Assembly: GCF_009914755.1 (NCBI RefSeq)
Contig: NC_060939.1
Origin: the human T2T-CHM13v2.0 reference genome, Homo sapiens
Length of the DNA: 64,000 bases
Strand: one strand, 5' to 3'
Both the position numbers and the translations under genes were made by a program. Shown here piece by piece: positions 1 to 17,139 of the stretch. Below the pieces are notes generated by a model, which saw only the letters and a list, made by a program, of their open reading frames with translations, did no database searches and was not told where the DNA came from. How positions within the stretch are numbered: the stretch's first letter is position 1; each line of letters begins with the position of its first letter.

Positions 1-518
1 TGGTCCCTGCCCTAGGTAAAGTCTTCAGAGGACCTCACACCTCAGAAGTCATCTCTGCTATGGGCTGTGAATCCCACCATACCTACAATGATCTCAGCAT
101 CCTGCCTTTTTGTGTCACTCCCTCGAGGTTCAAAGCCCTTGGCAAGAACATTTGCAGATGCCCCAGCTGTCAGAGAGAAAAGATTATCTTCCTCCTTTAG
201 CTTCCACAGTGGGATGTGTGACCCTGCCTCCTGCCTATTTTAGGACTCTGCCTAAACTAAGTGTTCTGGTGCTAGGTGACCAAAACCAAAAATCCACGAA
301 CATGTTCTAACAAAATAATGCTGTGAAGGTTTCCTGATGATCCATGTTACTCCCATAGTATCTCCCCTCTTCCTCCCTACTACTTACCAGCAAGAGACCG
401 TACCACCTATTTAGGATCAATGTAAAGCAGAGCTAATATCTGAAATCCCAGTTTCTTTTCAAATGCTTCCCTTTCCAAATTTGAAGCCAGAAGAAACAAT
501 GTATCACTGCTGATGTCA

Positions 519-884
<366 letters not shown>

Positions 885-1603
885 TTAAGATTTGGAAAGG
901 AAATGTCCCTAGTAGAGATATTTGATTTAAATTACAAGGAATTTAGTTCTAAGGGATAATCGACATATTTCATAAATAAATGCAGATATCTCTAGATATC
1001 AAATGATAAAAGATCTTGAGCAGTGATGGATTACTGCTAATGGGTTTCTGTCTGCTACTCTGAGCACAGTTCAGGCTCAAGAACTGACATGAAGGGTTTG
1101 AGAATTTAGTCAAAATCTGGAAGTAGGCAGGTGGTCACAGGCTAAGAGTTCATAACCGGATGCAGTCGTTGAAGGACAATTGTGAAGAAAAAATGCTGAT
1201 GGTGAAACGAATGCAAAAACCACAAACACATTGAAGAGGCCTATATTCCTGGGAACAAAGAGGAAGGTTATCAATGATGTGCTTGTAGAAAACATATTAA
1301 TACTGGAATATGGTCTTCTTTCCCATCATTTCAGGTCAGTTAGCTTAGATTACTATTCAGCTAGAAAAAACAAATGATACCCTTGCAAGGACTCTGAACA
1401 ATATTGGAATTCAGCTGTTTTGTTTCTAATAAAACATGGTTTAACTGTTACATGAATAGAAGTTCCTTATAAGTGCCAATTACTTCTTTCCAGAGAAGCA
1501 GTGCTAAAGATTCTGTTCATTGGTACACTAAGTGTTCTTCATGACCCAGTGTTTTATTTCCTATAAGTTAGCTTTTTTTCTCAGATGATTTAATGAAAAT
1601 TAT

Positions 1604-1975
1604 GGCAGTCTGCTCATTGTTCAGCAAAATCCATTTCCTCTTCTCCTTGAACACAAAGCTTGACTCTGTTTCCTAGATGGCCCTTGCAGTTAGTTGGGGC
1701 CATGTGACTGGGTTCTAGCTTGTTGATTATAAGTGGAAGTGATGCTGCCACTTAAAGGCTTGAAAGTGCCACTGCATACTGACTGAGATGCAGTGGAAGC
1801 CCTGTGTTTATGAGGTGGACCCCCTCTCAGGCTGAAATGTCTCTTAAGAGTCATTTCAGCAACCTATTTACTTGCCCACCAAGAGAGAAATTGTGACTAA
1901 GAAACTTTTATGGGGCTGTGCCATTATGTGCTTGTATCCGTTTGTTACTGTAGCCTATGCTAGTAACTAACACAA
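1604..1975. mobile_element. MLT1-type (ERVL-MaLR) LTR fossil
   Basis: Characteristic MLT1 segment CTTGCAGTTAGTTGGGGCCATGTGACTGGGTTCTAG...AAGTGGAAGTGATG. Confidence 0.65.
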
Positions 1976-2399
1976 TAATAAAGGTTTTTTTCAGTCTTAG
2001 TTTTCTATTCATTTGTAGACCAATTGTAAATGTGAATATTGTATTTCCATTGTATCTTGGCTTACATGTTCAAAGCACCATAAAACAGATAAAAGGATTA
2101 TATTAACAAGTACTTAATGTAGAAAAGATCAGTGCAAGGGAGTCTATGGAATAACATGCAAATATGTCTCTTTCCCCCAAACTTAGTGCTTGGCTCATAG
2201 TAAGTATAAAATAAATGCCTGTTGTTTCATCAATAAGTAGTCCTCCCCTCTCAAGCTGCAGACTGACATTTTAATTGCTCATTGGACATTTCCAAACAGG
2301 TATCTTACAGGAACAAACCACATGACATTTCCAAAACGAATCTCTTCCTTGCCAGCCTCTGCCTACTCTGCCTCCACCAAACTACCTTTATCCTTCTGG

Positions 2400-3400
2400 C
2401 TCTCCTGTTTTGATTAATGGTACCCTTGGAATTGTCCTCTGTTGACTCCCATAACCAAATGGTTAACTCGTCCTCTAAATTTCCAACTACCTTTACTCCT
2501 ATCAGCCCCACTTTTTCACCACTCTATCCAAGCAAGCTCGCCCCACCCTTTCTCATGTCTAAATTGGCACCGTGTGCTAAGAGTTCCCAGGCTTTGGGTT
2601 TTCTCACCAATAACATTTAAAAAAAGGGTTTAGGACCAACATAGAATTCCCAACTTTTAATTTTGCCAGATAAAGACATTCTTTAAAAAACTTATCTTTT
2701 ATTGTTCTATAGACTATTTTTAAAATGGCAATGTAGGGAGGACTCAGCTTTAGAATATAGGACACTCCTCTACATTGAATTTAATTTTATGAGAATTCAC
2801 TACCTTGTTCAAGATTGAGTAGTTGGAAACTCTTGTCTAGATCAGCACTGGCCCTGAGGTCTTGATGTGGTTTTGTGGCCAGATGAATGTTTCTGAGTTC
2901 CAGTTCCAGTGCTCCTCCAGTCAACAACAGCCTCTCTGGTTCCCTGTGGCCTGCTTTCCCCCACCTGGCATTAAAACTCCCCAAAGAAGGCCTCATACTA
3001 CCTTCCAGTGTTATCTCTAATTTCCAGGCAAATTAGACCTTCTGTTATTCCTTTTTCTTTTCTATCTTTGACTATGCAGTTCTTGCACCTGTACAGTCTA
3101 TCCTTTTTTCCCCACCACGCAAAATTCTACCCAAAATTTAAGACCACATTTGATATCATTGCCTCCTTTGAAACCTTTGATGATCCATTTTACCCACACA
3201 AACAAGAGCTTTCCTCTCCTTGAACTTGCATAACATGGTAAAGTATAGCACGTGGCTGCTTTCTTCCACATGCTGTGCTTATTTACCTCTCCCACAAAAT
3301 TACAATAAATCCTTAAAGATAAGAAAAATGTTTGATTCATTTTTATTACCCCTCCATTATTTGAACATTAAATGTTGAATATATATTTAATGACTTAATG
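2400..3400 (+). mobile_element. L2 LINE fragments
   Basis: Pyrimidine-rich decayed sequence ending in an L2-like 3' tail (TTAATGAAT...); boundaries uncertain. Confidence 0.45.
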
Positions 3401-3950
3401 AATACTTTAGACATAGTGAACTCCAGACTTTAAAAAGTATCTTTGAAACGTTTAAATAACTTTAATCTTCAATGTCAAGTAAATAACAGTAGGGTATTGG
3501 GGAAACAGAGATTGCTAAGTAACTTCTTTATTCTTTCCAAAATGAGGGAAACAAAACTAAATTCCAGTTTCCATGATCATAACACAGAAGCTTTTCTACT
3601 ATAAACATTGTATTTTAGGCTCCTACCCAGGAATTGTCTTTTATTTTAGGTGGCTAACCAGGAATTGAATTGTCTTAAAAGACAATGTGTAGGAGAAATA
3701 GCAATTACAGATCTTCCTAACTCTGATCTAATTTTGTGTACAAGCCATTTTCAGTGAAGGTACTTGGGCACAGCTTTTATTCCTTTAGATTTTGTATTCA
3801 TCAAAAAGCGAGAAAAAATGGGGTGACAAAACTCATCTATTTCCCTCTTATTTCACTTTTGAAGGAAATCAGAGCACTTGTACTTCCATGTTCTGTCTTT
3901 GACCTAAGAAATATTTATTTCTATAGTGTTCTATTAGGAAAATCAATATT

Positions 3951-4254
<304 letters not shown>

Positions 4255-4271
4255 TTATTCCACTTATATGA

Positions 4272-4803
<532 letters not shown>

Positions 4804-5594
4804 TGAAAATAAAAGACAGAACCCTATAAAAATATAGAACTTTTCTTGGCTCTTAGCACTGGCCAGGAAAATACAATTTGTAATCTGAATTTTAGAGCAT
4901 GTGGTAAGAGGCTTTTTATGTGTAGCTGTGCACTACAACTAGAGATGGGAAAAACATAATGGTTTTTTAAATTTATTCCTTTTAAAAAATAAATTTCTTA
5001 ACATCCAGTTCTAGTCACGATTGAGTAGCTGGTACTGGACTCACCTTTCTGATGTAAACAACAATAGAAGCTAGACACATTACGTAAAATAACAACATGC
5101 GTCACTGGATTATTATCCTTCAGAAAAGGGAAGCACGTGGCCAACCTCACATTCATCCCAGCACAGAGAGATGGAGCCCAAAGAGAGAGCGGCAGTGTCT
5201 CTGGGCAGAAGAAACAAAGATCGGAGCTCAGGCCTTCTAACACAGCTGGGTTTGGAGGGCAAGGTCACTTAGAGGCAGGAGCTACAGAAAAGGAGCCCTC
5301 AAAAATTGCATTAAAATTTCCCTCAGCTATTCAGCCCACTGTTAAGATCTGTATTTGCAGGGCAAGACTTCAGAATGTCTAGCAGATAATAGTTTTTGGG
5401 GGGCTGAGAGCTGAACAGTGATTTCAGAGGCTGCACAATAATGTGGATATGCAAGAGGTTAGGCTCATTCTAATGTAGAATGTGTAAACCTTCGTGGATG
5501 TCTAGGTATTCATGGAGACTCTAGAAAGCCCACATCCTAGGATTATGGACCATGAATGACCAGTGTTACACAGTAGGAGTGAGGGCTACATTTA

Positions 5595-6072
5595 TTTATT
5601 TATTATTTATCTATTTTTTAAATGTAATACTGTTTATTTAACTTCAAAAACATTTCAACATTCTAAGCAAAAAATAACAAAACAGCAAATTGTGTTTAAG
5701 TACAGAAGGTTCTTGAACTTTCATTGATACAGTGGCTCTTCGCTTTGCTGACAATGAAGAGTTCTACAGTTTGTTTAAAAACAAACAGTTGAAAAACTAC
5801 CCCACTTAATTAAAACAAAACAAAACGAAACAAGAAAACTTCTCATGCCAGCTGATCCCCCATTGTCCACGGCTAAGATGGCAGCAGAATGCTGTCATTA
5901 TATACAGAAACAAGACAACCTGAAGCTAAATGGATGCCACTGCAGAGTCAACAGGCCCAGCCTCACAGTGCAGGTTCTGAGCTATCGCCCCTCCAAAAGG
6001 CATCTTCTCCACAGCCTCGATGCCAAGCAAGGAGCATCCGAGTTCGTCTCGTTTGTTTTGTTCTTTTTACAA

Positions 6073-6109
<37 letters not shown>

Positions 6110-8083
6110 TGATAACTTAGAATTTCTAGCCAATAACCATATAGTTAATACCACCTTACCAAAAAAAAAAAAAAAAAGAAACATCTTTAGATGCCTTGTC
6201 ACACACCAATAGCAAAGTGCACAGAGGGAGGAGAACACGAGAGTGCCTTTTCATTTTGAAAATGTTTGTGTGGGGTCGACGGCTGAGGAGAAGCTGGGAG
6301 CGAGCCCAGGCGGCAGTTTTTAGGTCCATCAGCACTGCACTGCAGGAATGGCAGATTTTGGGATCTCTGCTGGCCAGTTTGTGGCAGTGGTCTGGGATAA
6401 GTCATCCCCAGTGCAGGCTCTGAAAGATCTGGTGGATAAGCTTCAAGTGTTAACTGGCAATGAGGGCCGCGTGTCTGTGGAAAACAACCAGCTGTTGCAG
6501 TCTGCCCACAAATAATCCAGCTTTGACATTATTTTGTTGGGTTTAGTCCTGGGAAGCACCACTCTACTGAGTGCTGAGATTTTGGCTGAAATTGCCCGGA
6601 TCCTTCGGCCTAGTGGATGTCTTTTTCTGAAAGAACCAGTAGATCCAGCTGTAGATAACAACAGCAAAGCGAAGACAGCAAGCTGTGTTCAGCCCTGACT
6701 GCTTCCGGTCTTGTGGAAGTGAAAGAGCTGCCATGGGAGCCCTTAAGCCCTGAGGAGGTACAGTCTGTTCAAGAACACCTGGGTCATGAAAGTGACAGCC
6801 TGCTCTTTGTTCAGATCACAAGCAAAAAAAAAAAAAAAAAAACAACTTTGAAGTGAGTTCTTCTAGTCAGCTTAAGCTTTCCATCACCAAGAAGTCATCT
6901 CCTTCAGTGAAGCCTGCTGGGTACCCTGCTGCTGCCAAGCTGTGGACCCTCTCAGCCAATGATATGGAGGATGACAGCATGGATCTCATTGACTCAGAGG
7001 AGCTGCTGGATCCAGAAGATTTGAAGAAGCCAGATCCGACTTCCCTGCAGGCTGCTCCTTGTGGGGAAGGGAAAAAGAGGAAGACCTGCCAGAGCTGCAC
7101 CCGTGGCCTTGCCGAAGAACTGGAAAAAGAGAAGTCAAGGGAGCAGATGAGCTCCCAACCCAAGTCAGCTTGTGGAAACTGCTATCTGGGCAATAGTTTC
7201 CACTGTGCCAGCTGCCCCTACCTTGGGATACCAGCCTTCAAACCTGGGGAAAAGGTGCTTCTGAGCAATAGCAGTCTTTACCATGCCTAGGAGGGACCCG
7301 ACATGGGACACATCTGCTCCTTTGGCCAACTCCTGTTCCTCAAATCCCACCACGGTGCTCCTCCCACCTCCTCTGGATTTCTTCTCTCTGAGATCCATTT
7401 GCAAAGTGGGTGCTTAGCAGACAGATTGAAGCTGGCTGGGGGGGGCACAGTGGTGTGTAGTGTATATCAAAAGACCAAGGTATTATGGGGCCCCATTACC
7501 CAGAATGGGATGGGTTTCTTCACCTCATGTTAAGAGAAGGGAGTATGTCCTGAAGAAGCCCTTCTCCTCATGTTAAAATGCTGACCAAAACACTCTTGAG
7601 CCCAGGCATCCTTGAGCATCAACACTCTGTGACAAAGCTCCAGGCCCTGGCCCCTAGTCTAATCTCAGCAATGCTGCCAGCTACTTGTCTTTCAGAGTTG
7701 TTAGTTTACTCCATACTTCGTGACACGGTCAAGTGTCTCATGACCTCAGGGTACCAGAGGAGTCATTCACTGGTTGGCGTGATGATATCCAGTGTCCCTC
7801 TGCCCCCTTCTACCCCCAGCCCCATTTTACTGTAGCATTGCATCTGTGTCCTGTTGCCATTTCTGTTAACCTTCAGGTATTAAACTTGCTGCATATCTTG
7901 AAAATAAATAAAATAAAAATGTTTGGAAATATGTACAAATTTGATACAGTTTCAGGGTTCTCTGGACACCCATGGCCACTTCATGTAAACCACTGACAAT
8001 TTCTAGAGCACTTTGAGAGGCTACAATATGATCATGATCAAATTTTATAATTCTCAGATAAAAGATGTGTCAATTATGTCATA
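5595..8083 (-). pseudogene. 5'-truncated processed retrocopy of an mRNA 3'UTR, recognised as HMGB3; split by the CIAPIN1 retrocopy into 5595-6268 and 7916-8083
   Basis: Decayed poly(T) at 5591-5620 with TTTATT (AATAAA on -) just downstream; the reverse complement matches the HMGB3 3'UTR as I recall it (...GTGCTCTAGAAATTGTCAGTGGTTTACATGAAGTGGCCATGGGTGTC...); TSD TGAGGGCTACATTTA (5580-5594) / TGAGGGCTAAATTTA (8084-8098). Confidence 0.8.
6269..7915 (+). pseudogene. CIAPIN1P: CIAPIN1 (anamorsin/Dre2) processed pseudogene
   Basis: ATG 6348 gives [22 protein letters not shown]...; premature TAA 6513-6515; expanded A tract ~6824-6842; ORF 6853-7290 matches the anamorsin C-terminus ([30 protein letters not shown]); intronless; 3'UTR, ATTAAA 7879-7884, A tail from 7901; TSD AAAATGTTTG 6259-6268 / 7916-7925. 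The symbol is assumed from the parent gene; the locus was not verified. Confidence 0.95.
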
Positions 8084-8805
8084 TGAGGGCTAAATTTAAA
8101 TAGACACTTGCTGCTAGAACAAGATTCAACATTCAGAAGAATATAATCTAGAGCCCATCCACTGTATTAATCACTATATACAGCATACAAAAAAAAGTCA
8201 CTGAACATGCAACAAAAAAAGAAAAAGGAAGAAACAACCAATCAGGAGATAAAATAGTAAAAGAAGCAGACCCAGAGATGATTCAGATACAAGAGTTAGT
8301 GGACAAGGATTTCAAAATAATGATCATGAGTATGTTTTAAAAAATTGGAAAGGTGGATAACATGGATGAAAAAGTACTTTAACCGATCATTTGAATCTAT
8401 GAATAGGAATCAAATGGACATTTTAGAAATGCAAGTTGAAATGTCTGAAATTAAGAACTATTTGAATGGTTACAGCACCAGGCTAGATTCAAAAATAGTC
8501 ACAGAAAATATTCAAATGGAACACAGAAGGAAAAAAACATAATGGGGATAAAAAATAACAGAGAGAGATGTGGGGCATAGGCAAAAGGTCTAATGTATGT
8601 GCAATTAGCATTTAGAAAGAGAAGAGAAAGAGAAAGAACATAAGTAATCTTGAAAAAATAATGGCTGAGAATTTTCCTAATCTAACAAATGATAAAGTTC
8701 ACAGATTCAAAAAGCTTCACAAAAAGCTTCAAGCAGGATAATAAAAGCACACCTAAGCAAAGCACAATAAAACTTCTGAAAACTTAAGATAAAAAGAAAA
8801 TCTCT

Positions 8806-9412
<607 letters not shown>

Positions 9413-9754
9413 GGCAGCCAGAAAAAAAAATGATATAATTTCTCTTGGGGAACAACAATAAAGATAACTGATCTCTTAACAAAAACCTATGGACAGCAGA
9501 AGACAATAACATCTTTAAAATGCTGAAAGAAATACAAAGCTAAACAAAAACCCTGTCAACCTAGAATTCTGTTACCCTCCACCAAAAAATACTTCAAATA
9601 TGAAAGTGAAAAAAACGTCCTCAGACAAATAAGGACTGTGAAGTTGCACACCTAGTAGACTAACATGAGAAAAAATCCTAAAGTAATTTATCAGGTCAGA
9701 GAAAATGATCCCATGTCATCATGCCCAGTAAATATGAAAGAAGGCCATCCACCC

Positions 9755-10046
9755 TTTTTTTTTTTGAGATGGAGTCTCGCTCTGCCACCCAGGCTGGAGT
9801 GCAGTAGTGTGATCTTGGTTCACTGTAACCTCCACCTGCTGGGTTCAAGCAGTTCTCCTGCCTCAGCCTCCCTAGTAGCTGGGATTATAGGCAGCTGCCA
9901 CCATGCCGGGCTAATTTTTGTGTTTTTAGTAGAGACGGGTTTTCACCATGTTGTCCAGGCTGGTCTCGAACTCCCGACCTCAGGTGATTTATCTGCCTCA
10001 GCATCCCAAAATGCTGGGATTACAGGTGTGAGCCACCATGCCTGGC
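9755..10046 (-). mobile_element. Alu (AluS-like)
   Basis: Antisense dimeric Alu. Confidence 0.95.
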
Positions 10047-10120
10047 AGACCATTCACTATTAAAACAACAATCATAATATATTTGCAGGGTTTATAACAT
10101 AGGTAGAAAATAAAATATAC

Positions 10121-10281
10121 CATCTTGGGCAACATAGTGAGACCCTGTCTCTACAAAAAGTTCAAAAAATTAGCCAAGTGGTGGGAGGCTGAGGTGGGAG
10201 GATTGCTTGAGACTAGGAGGTAGAGATTGCAGTGAGCTGAGATTGTGCCACCGTACTGCAGCATGGGTGACAGAGCCAGAA
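10121..10281 (+). mobile_element. Partial AluJ-like element
   Basis: GGGCAACATAGTGAGACCCTGTCTCTAC...GAGGATTGCTTGAG. Confidence 0.8.
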
Positions 10282-10875
10282 TGATACCTCCCTAAAATGA
10301 GGAAAAGGTAAGAATATGCATTATCACCACTTCTGTTTGACATTATATTGAAAATCCTAGCCAGTGTGATAAGACAGGAAAAAGAAATAGGTGTGCAGAT
10401 TGAAAAAGAATGAAGCAAGACTGTCTTTATGGCAGTCATGATTATTTACATTTAAAATCTTTAAAAATCTATGAAAAAATACTAAAACTGAAAAGTGAAT
10501 TTAAGAATATTGTGTAATACAAAGTCAATATACAGTCAACTGTATTTTTATCTGCTACCAACAAACAATTGAAATATAAACTTTAAAAATGCCACTTAGA
10601 TAGTATTCAAAAATATAAAATATTTGGGAATACATTTGATAAAATATCTTCAAGACATTTATACTCCAAACTATAAAACATTGTAAGAAAATTTAGCAAA
10701 TACCTAAATGAATGGCAATATATAATGTTCATAGAATAGAAATTTAGTATTATTAGGGTAATAATTTTCCCCAATTTGATATATAGATTCAACATAATCC
10801 TGATCAAAATACTAAGCAGCCCTTTTTTTTTGTAACAAATGAAGCTGAGTGTGAAATTTATATTTATATGGCATT

Positions 10876-11087
10876 GGATTGGAATGAGAAGTATTGGCAT
10901 AGACTGGGCGCGGTGGTTCACACCTGTAATCCCAGCACTTTGGGGGCCTGAGGCGGGCAGATTGCTTGAGCCCAGGAGTTCCAGACCAGTCTGGGCAATA
11001 GGCTGGGAAACCCTGTCTTTACTAAAAATAAAAATAAAGAATTGGTGTAGATTCATGGTTTTCAATACACATAGTTAGGTATAGAAA
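10876..11087 (+). repeat. Local copy of 12700-12915 (FLAM/Alu left monomer plus flanks)
   Basis: Shared non-Alu flanks GGATTGGA.T.AGAAGTATTGGCATA and ATTGGTGTA.A.TCATGGTTTTCAATACACATAG. Confidence 0.85.
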
Positions 11088-11262
11088 ATTCAAAGACCTA
11101 GGAAAAACAATCTTGAAAAAGAAGAACAGAGTTGGAGAGCTTATACCACCTGATTATAAATGTTATAGTAACCAAGTACCATGGGATATTGGTGTATTGA
11201 CAGACTACAGATCAATGGAACAGAATAGAGAGTCCAGAAATGAATCTCCAATATATGGTAAT

Positions 11263-11563
11263 TTATTTACTTGTTTATTTTTTAGAGATGGGGCCTTGCT
11301 CTCTCTCAGGCTGGAGTGCAGTGGCACAATTTTAGCTCACTGCAGCCTCTATCTCATGGGCTCAAGTGATCATCCCACCTCAGCCTCCTGAGTAGCTAGG
11401 ACTACAAGTGCACACCACCACACCTGGCTAATTTTTAAATTTTTGTAGAGACAGAGTCTCACTATGTTGCTCAGGCTGGTCTTGAACTCCTGATCTCAAG
11501 CAATCCTTTCCCCTTGGCCTCCCAACATGCTGGGAATACAGGTGTGAGCCACCATGTTCAGCT
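11263..11563 (-). mobile_element. AluJ
   Basis: GGCTCAAGTGATCATCCCACCTCAGCC AluJ-type diagnostics. Confidence 0.9.
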
Positions 11564-12029
11564 GGTAATTGATTTTTGACAAAAGACCCAAGGTCATTCA
11601 TCAGGAAATGAATATATTTTTCAATAAATGGTGTTGGAAAACTGGAAATCTGTAGGAAAAAATAACCTTGACCTCTGTCCCATAGCATACACAATTTTTT
11701 TTTAAAATAGGGGAATACATTTCTGAATTTAGGGTAGGTAAGTGTTTCAGACAGGACACACAAAAAAGTGCACTAGCCATAAAATTAAAAACGTATACAT
11801 TGGACTTTGTAAAAAGTAAAAATTCCTGCTCAATACCATTAAGAAAATAAAAGGCAGGCCACAGTGTGGTTGAAAGCATTCTCAATGCATTTATTGAAAA
11901 AGGACTTGGATCCAGAATAGATGAACTCCTACAAACCAATCAACAAGAAAAACAACTTTATAAGTGGGCAAAAACCCAATCAGACTTTTGACAAAGGAAG
12001 ATGTATAAATGCCTAGTAAGAACATGCCA

Positions 12030-14190
<2,161 letters not shown>

Positions 14191-14213
14191 TGTTAACTAT
14201 TATCGTGATGATA

Positions 14214-14214
<1 letters not shown>

Positions 14215-14244
<30 letters not shown>
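14215..14244. repeat. (CA)n microsatellite
   Basis: Direct reading. Confidence 0.95.
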
Positions 14245-15146
<902 letters not shown>

Positions 15147-16449
15147 AACTATATCTCAATTTAAAAAGCTAAAAACTTTAAAACGTACTAAATCCTCAGC
15201 AGTGGTTATCTCTAGGGAACAGGATTCCCACATTATGTATTTCTGAGGTTTTGAACTATTTCAACCAGTATGTCTTAGTTATTAAAAAGAGCCACACTGA
15301 GCATCTAAAAATATAATTACATGAAGATTGTAGGATTTGTCCAAATTGCACTCCAGCAATTAGTTATTTTGGGGAAAACTTAAGTTAGAACTTCTTTTAA
15401 TATATACAAAAACTGCTTAGATAAGTCAAAGAGGTAATGTATAAAATCAAGCCATAAATTTTAAATTGTCAAATAATAGAAAACAGGGGTTAACATTTAT
15501 CTGCTTTCTGAGTTGCAAAGAAACTTTCAACAGTTAAAAGTAATGTTAGGAACTCTAAACAAGTAAATTTTTGCTGCATGAGAATACCCCAATACATAAT
15601 GAAATGGAAGCAATTAAATGCAACAGGAAGTTGGGGGAATCTACAAAAACATAAGGACATTCAACAGATTTGTAACTAAAGGATGTAAATTCTAGAAAGG
15701 AAAAAAGGATAGAAAGAAGGGAGGGAGGAAGGTAGGAAAGAAGGAATGGCAGGAGGGAAAGAAAAAAGACAAGAAGAAAAAGGGAAAGGAGTTAAGGAAG
15801 AACAGACGAGGGAGAACACAGATGGCTAATCAGCAGGTGAATAAAAAGTAAACCTGAATTTTTACACCCAAATTAAATCTATCAAAGTAGCAAAATTATT
15901 GTTAAATGATAGCATTCGATGGCAGCTGTGGCGTGGCCAGATGAATGTATGTTCAATACATGGAGGGGTGTAATTGTTAGATTTCTGAAAGCCAATCTAG
16001 GGATGTGTAGTGATAATCTTTAATATGATTATATATTTTGAACGAGAAATAACCACATTTTGGAATCCGTCTAAAAGAAATAATAAAAATACTGTTTTCA
16101 GGATTATTCATAAATCAAAACAAGAAAAATAGTCTAAATGCCAACATTAAGGGACTAATTCTTAAATTATGAGACATCCGTTTGATGGATTATTATTCTA
16201 CCATTAAATGGTGTTTACAAGGGGTTTTTAATACCACGTTTTTCTTTTTTTAATGCTTTTGTGTGTGTGTGTGTGTGTGCTCACGATAACTTAAGGATAG
16301 CAAGGCTGAACTCGTTCAGTTCGGAAATAGAAACTTCCCGGCACAGTTGGCCTCTAAGACACGCTTCAGTTTTGTTCTCCTTCATTGTATTTAAATACTG
16401 CCTCCACACCCCCTCTACCCCCCACACACATACACACACACACGTGTGT

Positions 16450-16830
16450 GTGTTTCGGGGCTGCTCAGGAGGACAGGCGGCTCTGCGCTGCGGCTGTGGT
16501 GGGCTCCGTGCACACCGCGCTAGGCTCATAGGGCGGCTGGCAGGTCCAGAGAGCGGCGTGGGAGCAGCTGCTGCCACGGTGGCAGCGGAGATGAAGGTGT
16601 CAGCCTGACGCGGGCGGCTCCTGAGAGCTCGCTGGGGCGCCTCAGCGACTCTCACATCTGTTCAGCATCTGGCTGTCACCCCCTCAAGAGAATAACAGAT
16701 CCCCTTCCCTTCTCCCTTCCAAATGTCCCTCAAGTTCCTCCCAAGGCAAACTCCAGCTGGAAGGGGGCATACTGGGAAGTGTAGTTCCCGTTGCTCTGCA
16801 TTGCGGAGGAGGGGCGGGAAGGATGCTGAG
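16450..16830. promoter_or_regulatory. CpG-rich, promoter-like segment
   Basis: Abrupt GC/CpG enrichment outside any repeat, a ZNF143 motif and a GC box GGAGGGGCGGG (~16808-16818). Confidence 0.7.
16765..16785 (-). promoter_or_regulatory. ZNF143 (SBS) / THAP11-type ACTACAnnTCCCA motif
   Basis: Minus strand reads ACTACACTTCCCAGTATGCCC; consensus is ACTACAnTTCCCAGnATGC. Confidence 0.8.
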
Positions 16831-17139
16831 CGCTGCCTGTCTATCCCAAACAACACGCCAGGTCAAGCTGGAAATCATCCCACCCTACCTGTCAGTCAGC
16901 CAGGGAGTCAGAAGGCCACAGGTTGAGTAGGAAAAGGATCTGGATTATAGATAGCAGAGCTTGGACTATACATAGTTTATAAGTAAAATAGTTTTTTTTA
17001 AATGTGTATGTCATTCCCAGTATATTTTATTATACGTTTGCAAAACAATACAAGACAGAAGCTGTATTATTTAAAGAAAGTTATACAAATCTTTTAGAAG
17101 TTTAGAAAAGAACAGCATTAGAAAGTTTTCACTTGAAAC

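Noticed and set aside
16261-16655. 115-124 aa ORFs across the CpG-rich segment
   Set aside because: Open because of high GC, they run through dinucleotide repeats, and I recognise no protein
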